Assembly (NCBI GenBank): GCA_050014455.1 | Contig: JBEKDH010000001.1 | Span: forward strand, 6,315-70,314 | DNA length: 64,000 nt | Direction of reading: 5' to 3' | Source of the DNA: Terracidiphilus sp. | GTDB taxonomy: Bacteria; Acidobacteriota; Terriglobia; Terriglobales; Acidobacteriaceae | Shown: positions 18,819 to 27,235 of the stretch, piece after piece | How the letters are laid out: the number at the start of each line of letters is the position of its first letter | Numbering within the stretch: position 1 is the stretch's first letter | The notes under the pieces: generated by a model | What the model saw: only the letters and a program-made list of their open reading frames with translations | Told to the model about the DNA's origin: nothing | Database searches by the model: none | Made by a program: the position numbers and the translations under genes

Positions 18819-19568
18819 ATGGCAGATCATTCGAGGATGAAACTGGGCCGCAAGGCCATCAAAACCGACACCCGAACCTTGGCGTTTGGCGATTACCTGA
18901 CGCCGTCGCTTCCGCCCCCGCCCCCCGCGGTCGATTGGACCAAGGGAATCGCCAGTTGGGGCATGATGCTGAACGACACGCTCGGCGATTGCACCATCGC
19001 CGGATGCGGCCACGCCGTGCAGGTGTGGACCGCCAACGCAGGCAGCGAGGTCACCGTCCCCGACTCCGCAATTCTAGCCGCCTATGAGGCCTGGGATGGC
19101 TACAATCCCGCCGACCCATCCACCGACCAGGGCGGCATTGAGCTGGACGTGCTCACCGACTGGAAGAAGAATGGGCTTGCCGGCAACGCTCTGGTGGCCT
19201 TTGCCGATCCCAAGCCAGCTAACCTGGTTGAGGTTCACCAGTCCATCGCCCTCTATGGCGGCGTCTATATCGGCCTGTCCCTGCCCCTCACGGCCCAGAC
19301 CCAGGATGTGTGGGATGTGGTGCCCCACGGCGGCGCAAAGTCCAAGCCGGGCAGCTGGGGCGGGCATTGCGTCTACGTCCCCAAGTACGACCAGCACGGA
19401 TTCACCTGCATTACCTGGGGCCAGTTGAAGACCATGACCCTGGCCTTCTGGAAGGAGTACTGCGACGAGGCCCACACGCTGCTCGGACAGGGCTGGCTCA
19501 CCGCCAACGGCTCCCCCGCCGGCTTCAACCAGGCGCAGTTGCTGACCGATCTGGGCAACATCAAGTAG
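18819..19568 (+). CDS. Hypothetical protein with papain-like Cys/His motifs
   Basis: MLNDTLGDCTIAG (Cys), WGGHCVYV (His), ITWG; ATG 18819 with SD AGGAG. Confidence 0.7.
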   Translation: MADHSRMKLGRKAIKTDTRTLAFGDYLTPSLPPPPPAVDWTKGIASWGMMLNDTLGDCTIAGCGHAVQVWTANAGSEVTVPDSAILAAYEAWDGYNPADPSTDQGGIELDVLTDWKKNGLAGNALVAFADPKPANLVEVHQSIALYGGVYIGLSLPLTAQTQDVWDVVPHGGAKSKPGSWGGHCVYVPKYDQHGFTCITWGQLKTMTLAFWKEYCDEAHTLLGQGWLTANGSPAGFNQAQLLTDLGNIK

Positions 19569-19719
19569 CGCAAAAGAGCAGCGAATCGGCCGCGAGCGCG
19601 TCCAAACCTGTGCCGGTTCACCCACAACCCTCCCCCCAGGTGGTTTAATACCTAATGGGGGGAGCGCTGCCTAGAGCGGTGGTGTGCTTCCGTACTCCCG
19701 TGGAGGTAACCCGAAACCG

Positions 19720-20496
19720 ATGCACTCTTTCCGCCGTCTTGCCCTTCTGCTGGCGCTGCTTTTGCCAGCCCTCTCCCTACTCCGGGCTGAAAGCTCGAGT
19801 TCGAGCAGCAACCCCGCAACGCCAACTGCAAGCCAGGACTCCCAGGGCCAGGCGCAGCAGCCCCCTCAAACCCAATCTCAGCCGCAACTCAGCGTGCAGG
19901 CCCGCATCAAGGCCCGCCGCGAGCAGCGGCGCGTCACCGCCATCCACGAGATCTACGATCATCTTTACGAGGGCTATCTGGGGGCGGGCTACCTGCGCTT
20001 TACGCCTGGCGCCACCCTGCAGCGCGTCAACGAGTACGACTGGAACGGCGGCTTTACCCGCTACTTCAACGAGCGCCTGGGGGTGACAGTCGACGGCCGC
20101 GGCTACTACGGCACTCCGTTCATTGAGCCCATGCAGGGCGATCCCCCCGCGGGCAGCGTGGGCCTGACAAAACCGGCCATCAGCCAGTATGCCGCCTTGA
20201 TTGGTCCCACCTACCGCTTCTACCTCCAGCCCAGATACTCCATCTCCGGGCGGGTGATGGGCGGCTATGCGCAAGGCAACTTTACCGGCGACACCAACGG
20301 ATATGGAACCCTTGGAGTTCTCTACCCAGACGCTTCCACTTATGCCGCCAGCGCCGCCATGGTCGTCGAGTACAATTTGTCGCCGAGCATCGGGCTGCGG
20401 GTTGCGCCCGAGTATTTCCTCACCGGCTTCGGTTCCACCCTGCAGAACAACCTGGGCTTCACGGCCGGGATTGCCTACCGGTTTGGCAAGCAGTAA
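19720..20496 (+). CDS. Outer-membrane beta-barrel protein
   Basis: Signal peptide, Ser/Gln-rich linker, amphipathic strands, C-terminal YRF; ATG at 19720. Confidence 0.75.
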   Translation: MHSFRRLALLLALLLPALSLLRAESSSSSSNPATPTASQDSQGQAQQPPQTQSQPQLSVQARIKARREQRRVTAIHEIYDHLYEGYLGAGYLRFTPGATLQRVNEYDWNGGFTRYFNERLGVTVDGRGYYGTPFIEPMQGDPPAGSVGLTKPAISQYAALIGPTYRFYLQPRYSISGRVMGGYAQGNFTGDTNGYGTLGVLYPDASTYAASAAMVVEYNLSPSIGLRVAPEYFLTGFGSTLQNNLGFTAGIAYRFGKQ

Positions 20497-20679
20497 TTCG
20501 GCAGGGATCGGGGACAGTTAGAGAGCCACCGGAAAAGTCGATCTCGCGAAGGGGTAGGGACGGATCTCCCATCCTCGATCTGCCCATAAAGAATGAGCGC
20601 CGCATTCCTTGTGTGCCGTGCGGGTGCGGCGCAGCCGGCGCTCCAGAGCTCTTATAGCTGGGTGAATGGCGGACCTGCC

Positions 20680-20862
20680 CACCCAGACATTCCCGCAAAT
20701 TCATTTCGCTGACTCGCGTCAACGGCGAGAAAATCTTCGATGCGTGCGCGCAAGACAACACCCCCTGCGCCTAACGCATTTTCTGGCATTACGGCCCCGA
20801 TGAAACCAGGGGCAAGAAATGGATCCGGGCCGATCTCCATACTGGCGATCGCACGCCCCCGT
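20680..20862 (+). pseudogene. Degraded RelE/ParE-like toxin-family gene fragment
   Basis: Reads FISLTRVNGEKIFDACAQDNTPCA*RIFWHYGPDETRGKK, then frameshifts to PISILAIARP; TAA at 20772-20774. Family assignment is from recall. Confidence 0.55.
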
Positions 20863-20932
20863 TTCGGAAAGAGCATGCGCTGCTGGCTGGGAAATGGGAG
20901 ATGGTCGGTCGGGTTAGCAAAGCCGGAGGGTG

Positions 20933-20973
20933 TCCCACCCTTTCCGCAGAAAAAAGCGGAAAGGATGGGGCAC
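20933..20973 (-). repeat. REP-like family A copy
   Basis: Reverse complement GTGCCCCATCCTTTCCGC-loop-GCGGAAAGGGTGGGA; same family as 36962 and 49393. Confidence 0.75.
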
Positions 20974-21011
20974 GGAGATGGCACAATAGCAAGCGGTCAA
21001 GAACCTGTTCC

Positions 21012-23201
21012 CTATTCCCTATTCCCCGCCTTCCCTATCCACTGATCTACCCAGTCGTTCACCGTCTTGTACCAGAGCTGGGAGTTCTGCGGCTTGAGCA
21101 CCCAGTGGCCTTCGTCCGGGAAGTAAAGCATCTTGCTGGGCACCTTGAGCCGCTGCAACGCGGTGAAGAGCTGGAAGCCCTCGCTCACGTCGAGCCGGTA
21201 GTCGAGCTGGCCGTGAATCACCAGCGTGGGCGTCTTGAAGTTCTTGGCCGAGAGCGCCGGCGACCACTTGCGGTAGGGATTCTGCGCATCGGGCTTGCCG
21301 TAGTAATCCCAGGGCTTGCCCTTGAACTCCCACTCGTTGAACCATAACTCCTCGGTCGTTCCGTAGGCCGATTCGGGATCGAACATGCCGTCGTGGCTGA
21401 CGATGCACTTGAAGCGGTCGGTGTGGCCCAGCACCCAGTTGGCCATATAGCCGCCGTAGCTTGCGCCCAGGGCGCACTCGCGCGTCTTGTCGATGAAAGG
21501 ATAGTGCTGCTCGGCGTAGTCCAGGCCCTGCATCAGGTCGGTGAAGGGCTTGCCGCCCCAGTCGCCGTTGATGGCGTCGACGAAGGCCTGCCCGTAGCCG
21601 GTCGAGCCGCGGAAGTTGATCATGATTACCACGTAGCCGTTGGCGGCAAAGAGCTCCGCATTCCAGCGATAGCTCCACGCATCGCCCCATGCGCCCTCCG
21701 GCCCGCCGTGGATGAGGAATTTGACTGGATACTTTCTTGCGGGATCGAAGGCGGGAGGAGGAATGAGAAAGCCCTGGACTTTCGTACCATCTTTCGCGGT
21801 GAACCAGAAATCAATCATCCTACCCAGGTCAAGTTGGGCAAGAAGTGCGTCGTTCAAGTGTGTAAGGTCCTTGTTGCTGAGAAGTGAGCCTGGACATTCG
21901 CCACCCGTGCAGAAAGTAAACTCTGCGTGAATGTGAGCCACCTCGCTGGGTTTCGCAACGGTCATAACCGAAGCGAGCAATTCGCCATGCGTGGGTAATG
22001 GGTGCAGATCGCTGGCTTCGCCACCAGTCCACAATTCCACTATGTTCCCGCTCAGGTCAGTTGCGAAGATAGGACCCTCCCCTTTGTCGCCTGAGATGAA
22101 ATAGATGGATTTGGAATCTGGACTCCACGCGAACTCATCCACCCAGTTGTCAAATTTCGGCAGCAAATCCTTGATCGTCTTCGCCGCCCGGTCGTAAATC
22201 ATCAGCCGGAACTTGTCGCTCTCATAGCCAGCCCGCGCCTGCGAGCGCCAGGCCAGATACTTGCCGTCGGGCGAGTAGGCGGGGTTGAAGTTGCCGCCCA
22301 GCGAGGTTGAGACCGGGACCGGCTTGGCCGCCGGGTCGGTCAGGTCGAGCGTGAAGATGCCCGCGTGGGTGCTCGCGGCCGGCTCGGGATCCAGGTTCTC
22401 GGTGAAGGCCAGCTCCCTGGAGTCGGGCGCAAAGGCGCAGCCGCAGCCGCCGCCCTCGAGCGAGAACGGCGGAACGTCGTGGGGATCGTTGGGCGTGAGG
22501 TCGCGGATTCCACCTCCTTCAACCGAAATGAGAAAGAGGTGGCTGCGCTTATCGCCGGTGTAGCGGTTCCAGTGGCGATAGAGCAGGTGGGTAAAGATCT
22601 GCGCCTTCACCTTGCTGTCGGCCAGCGCCGCGTCGCGGTCGTAGTTGCACTCCGCGCCCTTGCCTTGGTCGTTGGGCTCGATTGCCGGGCACTCCGGATA
22701 GACCGGCGCGGTGAAGAGGATCGACTTGCTGTCCGGCGACCAGATGGCGTTGTCGATGCCCAGGTCGAGGTTGCTGAGCTTGCGCGGGCGCGCGGTCTCG
22801 CCGGTGGCGGCGTCGAAGTCGGCCTGCCAGATTTGCTGCGCGCCGGTGCGGGCGCTGAGGAAGAGGATGCGCTTGCCGTCGGGGGCAAATTGCAGGCCGC
22901 TGTCGCCGGGATGGGTCACGGCGATTCGCTGCGGCTGGCTGGACTCGGACCCAGTAGCCGCAATCGCCTGCATCCACAGCTCCGCCGTTTTGGTGTTCTG
23001 CTCCAGATTCACGGTGGTGACGGAGTACGCCAGCCACTTGCCGTCCGGCGAGACGGCGGTATCGCCCAGCCGCTTCATCTTCATCATGTCCTCAAAGGTC
23101 ATGGGGCGCTTGGGCTGTGCAGATTGGGCTGCCTGGGCCGGACATGACGGAGCGGCAATAAAAGCGAGTGCGAGAGAGAGAATGAGCCTGGTAATACGCA
23201 T
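21012..23201 (-). CDS. S9 family peptidase (beta-propeller + catalytic domain), secreted
   Basis: IHGGPEG, GASYGG catalytic Ser, HGQLDYR Asp, FPDEGH His; start ATG 23201 with signal peptide. Confidence 0.92.
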   Translation of the reverse strand: MRITRLILSLALAFIAAPSCPAQAAQSAQPKRPMTFEDMMKMKRLGDTAVSPDGKWLAYSVTTVNLEQNTKTAELWMQAIAATGSESSQPQRIAVTHPGDSGLQFAPDGKRILFLSARTGAQQIWQADFDAATGETARPRKLSNLDLGIDNAIWSPDSKSILFTAPVYPECPAIEPNDQGKGAECNYDRDAALADSKVKAQIFTHLLYRHWNRYTGDKRSHLFLISVEGGGIRDLTPNDPHDVPPFSLEGGGCGCAFAPDSRELAFTENLDPEPAASTHAGIFTLDLTDPAAKPVPVSTSLGGNFNPAYSPDGKYLAWRSQARAGYESDKFRLMIYDRAAKTIKDLLPKFDNWVDEFAWSPDSKSIYFISGDKGEGPIFATDLSGNIVELWTGGEASDLHPLPTHGELLASVMTVAKPSEVAHIHAEFTFCTGGECPGSLLSNKDLTHLNDALLAQLDLGRMIDFWFTAKDGTKVQGFLIPPPAFDPARKYPVKFLIHGGPEGAWGDAWSYRWNAELFAANGYVVIMINFRGSTGYGQAFVDAINGDWGGKPFTDLMQGLDYAEQHYPFIDKTRECALGASYGGYMANWVLGHTDRFKCIVSHDGMFDPESAYGTTEELWFNEWEFKGKPWDYYGKPDAQNPYRKWSPALSAKNFKTPTLVIHGQLDYRLDVSEGFQLFTALQRLKVPSKMLYFPDEGHWVLKPQNSQLWYKTVNDWVDQWIGKAGNRE

Positions 23202-23343
23202 GGGGTTCCCTATCCGCGCGAAAAACGATATCGATTGCGCGAAGAAGAAGTTTACACCGGCTGCCCCGCGGCTGTTCCGAGGCGGGTATCCGTTCCCAGG
23301 GCAATCGCACGAAGAGAGATCGAGAGCGCGACTCGGGTTCGTA

Positions 23344-23409
23344 CCGCCCCTCCGGGGCGGGAACCTGCACCGGAAACCTGTTCCCAGGGCGAAGCCCTGG
23401 GCTATTCTC
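23344..23409 (-). repeat. Palindromic repeat family C copy
   Basis: Reverse complement GAGAATAGCCCAGGGCTTCGCCCTGGG..CCGCCCCGGAGGGGCGG; matches 50868-50932. Confidence 0.65.
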
Positions 23410-23698
23410 AACCCTCCCTCCGCGAGGAATCGCAGTGCTTTGCCTGTTCAGGAGGCAAAGGGAGCCGGTTTCTGCAATAGAGGACTTTCACGCGATTGCC
23501 CTGGCGTGCGGAGGGGCTGGTGCCGCTTTGGTTCCTCATGCGTCTATAGGCTCAGAAGTTCCGGCAGAGATGCTTTTCACCACGGACCGCTCCAGCCATT
23601 TACAATTCTTAGAGCGGAGCCCGGCGTGAACCGGCGCACCGGAATCGACAAGCTCGTTGCCAGCCGGACGGTTGTGCAGTCGTGAGGTTCAGGACCGA

Positions 23699-24319
23699 AT
23701 GAAGAAGATCGCTTTAATTGCATTCCTGCTGGCCGTGTGTGTGGCAGCAGGCCGCGCTCAGGAAAGCCGTCAGGACATCAGCATCAGTGGAATGGGGCTG
23801 GTCGAGCCGTTCATTGCCTCGTCCACCGACGTTCAGGTGCACTCCACCACGGGTTATGGCGCGTTGGCCAGCTACCGTTTCATGCTCACGCCTTCGAGCG
23901 CCTTCGAGGGCAACTACGGAATTATTTACCAGAACAGGATCAACTACGCCGAACCCAATTTTGGACCGCTGGGAATCACGATTCTGACCCGCACCCAGGA
24001 GATTTCCGCGGCCTACGTGCATACCTTCTACTACCGCAAGTTCAATCCGTTTGTTGAAGCCGGGCCGGGCGCATTGATATTCCTGCCCATTGTCAACAGC
24101 GGCACCACGGTCTTGGGCGCAAAGCAGCAGACCGGCGTCGGCGGCATGTACGGAGCCGGGATTGCCTACGAAATCAGCCCCAGCTTCGATATTCGCGCGG
24201 AATATCGCGCGTTTGTCACCAAGGTTCCCAACTTTGGCGACCCCGGCGGCTACAAGTTCGACACCAACAAGTGGTACAACATCTTCACGCCGGCGGTCGG
24301 CGTGGCATATCACTTTTAG
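23699..24319 (+). CDS. Small outer-membrane beta-barrel protein
   Basis: MKKIALIAFLLAVCVAAGRAQE signal; NPFVEAGPG, YGAGIAY, terminal YHF. Confidence 0.85.
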   Translation: MKKIALIAFLLAVCVAAGRAQESRQDISISGMGLVEPFIASSTDVQVHSTTGYGALASYRFMLTPSSAFEGNYGIIYQNRINYAEPNFGPLGITILTRTQEISAAYVHTFYYRKFNPFVEAGPGALIFLPIVNSGTTVLGAKQQTGVGGMYGAGIAYEISPSFDIRAEYRAFVTKVPNFGDPGGYKFDTNKWYNIFTPAVGVAYHF

Positions 24320-24350
24320 GCATTCCGATCCGGGGTTGACGAGCGGAGCG

Positions 24351-24386
24351 GCAAGAGAGGACGGGCAAAAGCCCGTCCCCTCTTGC
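24351..24386 (+). terminator. Hairpin downstream of the OMP gene
   Basis: GCAAGAGAGGACGGGC-AAAA-GCCCGTCCCCTCTTGC; weak U tract. Confidence 0.55.
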
Positions 24387-24469
24387 TAGAGCTCATTCAA
24401 AACCGATCCACTTCAAGGCTTTTTGCGCAGGCCTCAATCCATTCGATTGGAAGAGCCCCCGGTTTCGCC

Positions 24470-24760
24470 CTTTCAATTACCCACAATTCCCGCACCCATT
24501 GATGACCCCCAGTTGAAGATCGACAAAGCGCGTTGACCCTCTCCGGATGGTTTCGTTGCCGGGCGGAGGATCCGAGTTGCGCGCAGGTAGCCGCCCAGGT
24601 GCGCCAGCTGAGTCAGGTAATGCGAGAGAGAGCGGGGCCGAGATTGAGCGGTGGGTTTGTCGTTCACCAAGCGATCTAAAATGCGCAGTTCCAGATCCGT
24701 GAAGACCAGTTCGGGATCGGTATCCGGATCGATGCGATTTGTCAAGGCGAGCCAGATAGA
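24470..24760 (-). mobile_element. IS4-family transposase C-terminal remnant with right terminal end
   Basis: PELVFTDLELRILDRL..YLTQLAHLGGYL, frameshift to RNSDPPPGNETIRRG, ends MGAGIVGN*; followed by TTGTGGGTAATTGAAAG terminal-repeat-like sequence. Confidence 0.7.
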
Positions 24761-25079
24761 GTTCTTGGATGGGTCAAACCCGGGTATTGCTCAAGGTGCC
24801 GGCGCTAGAGCAAAACCAAAGTGGACGTGCCCCAGCAAGGAGTGTGCGAGGCGGCTTCTTCTTGAGGAAAAAGCCACTTGGCGTCGTGCTTCCTGGGTAC
24901 ACCCACTCTGGTTTTGCTGTACCCCGTCAAGAAGATCGAGACCGACAATACGGCCCAATCGAATAGGCCATGCTGAAGTTTGGCATGGAAATGAACCTGT
25001 TGGAGCCGAAAGGCTGGAAGTGGACAGAGCCAGACGGACTCCTGGCAACAATTGCCGGCCTTCTCGGCGCGCGGGGCGG

Positions 25080-27029
25080 CTATTTCGCCTCGGCCTTCCT
25101 GGCAGTGAAGGTTCCCGATACGCTCATGGGATCGACGTTCACGGTGCCGCTCAAGGAACCATCCGGCGACATGGTCCCCGAGTAAGTCAAGGTGAGAGGG
25201 TCGCCGTTGTATTCGCCACCATGGCTGAATGTTGCCTTCTCCCCGTCGACTGTCCCAGTGACCTCATGGGATTTGCTTTCACCCTTGCAGGAGCCGGTTA
25301 TCCTGTTCTCCTGAACAGTCAGGACACAAGCCTCGTTCAGCGGATAGCCTTGGATATCGCCGGTGATGGTCCAGTTTCCGGTGCCTATCGCGCGTGCGCC
25401 GGAAGAAGACGCAGGCGCGGATGCAGGAACGGGCCTCTGCGCAGCCAGCGCCGCTATCAAGTCCAGCCGCGTCTTCCATGGATCGGCCATAGCGACCGGA
25501 CCCTGCGCAATTGTGAAATTCATCAAAGTGTCAGCCTTGGGATCGAAGGATGGCCACTGCGGCAGGCCCGCGCCGGAGGGGTTGCCTGTTTTGCCAAAGT
25601 TCACCCAATATGCATTGGCTTCTTCTGCCAACGCCTCATCCTGCGGCGTGAGTTTGTCCTTGTAGGCAGCCTTGACAGTGTCGAAGGCATACGGGATCTC
25701 CGTCGCATGGGGAGCGCCGGGAAACTTGTCGCGTATCGATGCGGCAACGTAAGAGAATCGGTACTCAAACGCGGGTAGGCCCTGCTCTGCCACCGTTTGC
25801 GCCACGAACCGCGCCGGTTCCACCATCATTTGGTCCGAAGCGATTCGAATACCCACCAGGAATGCATTATTGGAATGCTCGGGATTGAAGGCGGCTTTGG
25901 CTGTATCCGCGTCAGCGCCAAAGAGCGCGAAGACCGCTTCCATCGTCCGGCCGCGCGGAAATCCGATATCCAAGCTATTGGCGCCAATCAACACCGGAAC
26001 CTTCGCCCAACGGCCCGCCAGCAGCGCGGTTTGGGGGCTCTCGCGAACGATCATGCCATCGAGCATGGGGCCTGAATAGGTTGCGGCCGCCGGTCCCATG
26101 GTTGCCATGTTCAACCCCGCAACCACCTTCTCCGCAGGCAGCTTGCGCAGCTCAGCCAATGCCTCTGGGCCGGTCCCGGCGATGCCGGCGCTCTCAGCGA
26201 ATTTCACGCCGATCGCTTCAGCGGAAGGCATGCCTTGCGGCGAAGTCTTGCTCAGGTAGCGCGGCCCCATGAGCAGGTCGCGTCCGCCTCCCGACTCCAC
26301 GATCGCCCTCTGGAAAAGCCCCTGGGAAAGCGGCGATGTCAAGAGAGTAAGAACCGATCCTCCACCCGCGGATTCGCCGAGGATTGTCACTGCGCCGGGG
26401 TCTCCGCCAAATGCACCGATATTCCGCTGCACCCATTTCAGCGCGGCAATCTGATCCATGTAGCCATAGTTGCCGTGCGGCTCATCGGGGTACTCCGCCG
26501 TCAGCGCGGGAAAACCAAAGAAGCCGAATCTTCCCACGCGATAATTGAAGCTCACAAAGATTACGCCGTGCTCCGCGAAGTGCGTTCCATCGTAAACCTG
26601 CGGGGAGCTTCCTCCATTGACAAAGCCGCCACCGTAAATCCAGACCATCACCGGCAGCTTCTTTGCGCCGTGTGCGGCGGGAACCCAAACATTCGCATAA
26701 AGGCAATCTTCGCTGAGCCCGCCCGCGCCTACAGGGGCAGCGTCGGATGGAAAGGGAAGCTGCATGCAATCGGGGGCGTAGTCAGTGGCAGCGCGTATCC
26801 CCGCCCATGGTGTGACGGGCTGCGGGGCACGCCAGCGGAACTGGCCCACGGGAGGCGCGGCAAACGGTACGCCCTTGAATGCCACCACGCCGCTCTGCGC
26901 CGAGCCCTTCAACTTTCCGGATTCCACTTTAACGAGAGTGCTGTCTGAAGCCGCCCAAACCGGCATAGACATCAAGAGAGCGCCCGAGAACAAAAATGCA
27001 AATCTGCGTACTTCTCTGCGAACTGTCAT
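25080..27029 (-). CDS. Type-B carboxylesterase with extra C-terminal beta-rich domain
   Basis: FKGVPFAAPPVG, SEDCLY, WIYGGGF, GESAGG, HATEI; about 100-aa tail after a PASAPASSSG linker. Confidence 0.9.
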   Translation of the reverse strand: MTVRREVRRFAFLFSGALLMSMPVWAASDSTLVKVESGKLKGSAQSGVVAFKGVPFAAPPVGQFRWRAPQPVTPWAGIRAATDYAPDCMQLPFPSDAAPVGAGGLSEDCLYANVWVPAAHGAKKLPVMVWIYGGGFVNGGSSPQVYDGTHFAEHGVIFVSFNYRVGRFGFFGFPALTAEYPDEPHGNYGYMDQIAALKWVQRNIGAFGGDPGAVTILGESAGGGSVLTLLTSPLSQGLFQRAIVESGGGRDLLMGPRYLSKTSPQGMPSAEAIGVKFAESAGIAGTGPEALAELRKLPAEKVVAGLNMATMGPAAATYSGPMLDGMIVRESPQTALLAGRWAKVPVLIGANSLDIGFPRGRTMEAVFALFGADADTAKAAFNPEHSNNAFLVGIRIASDQMMVEPARFVAQTVAEQGLPAFEYRFSYVAASIRDKFPGAPHATEIPYAFDTVKAAYKDKLTPQDEALAEEANAYWVNFGKTGNPSGAGLPQWPSFDPKADTLMNFTIAQGPVAMADPWKTRLDLIAALAAQRPVPASAPASSSGARAIGTGNWTITGDIQGYPLNEACVLTVQENRITGSCKGESKSHEVTGTVDGEKATFSHGGEYNGDPLTLTYSGTMSPDGSLSGTVNVDPMSVSGTFTARKAEAK

Positions 27030-27235
27030 AGGTCTCAAATCAAAGCTGATTCCTTGGGAATCTGTTCTTGCTCCCGCGGCGTCATTCCGCCGCGAGATGC
27101 AACGGGAATTGTTTCTTCGACAAAATGGAAGATCCTCGATCCCCGAGGATCTTCCATTTTGGTGTCAACTGCAAAACTTAAATCTCCAGGTCGACCAGCG
27201 CATAGCCCAGGCATTTTGCATGAGCGTGCAGAGCC

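Noticed and set aside
24770-25070. Additional gene or remnant between the IS4 fragment and the esterase
   Set aside because: No frame gave a recognisable motif, so it cannot be supported without a search.
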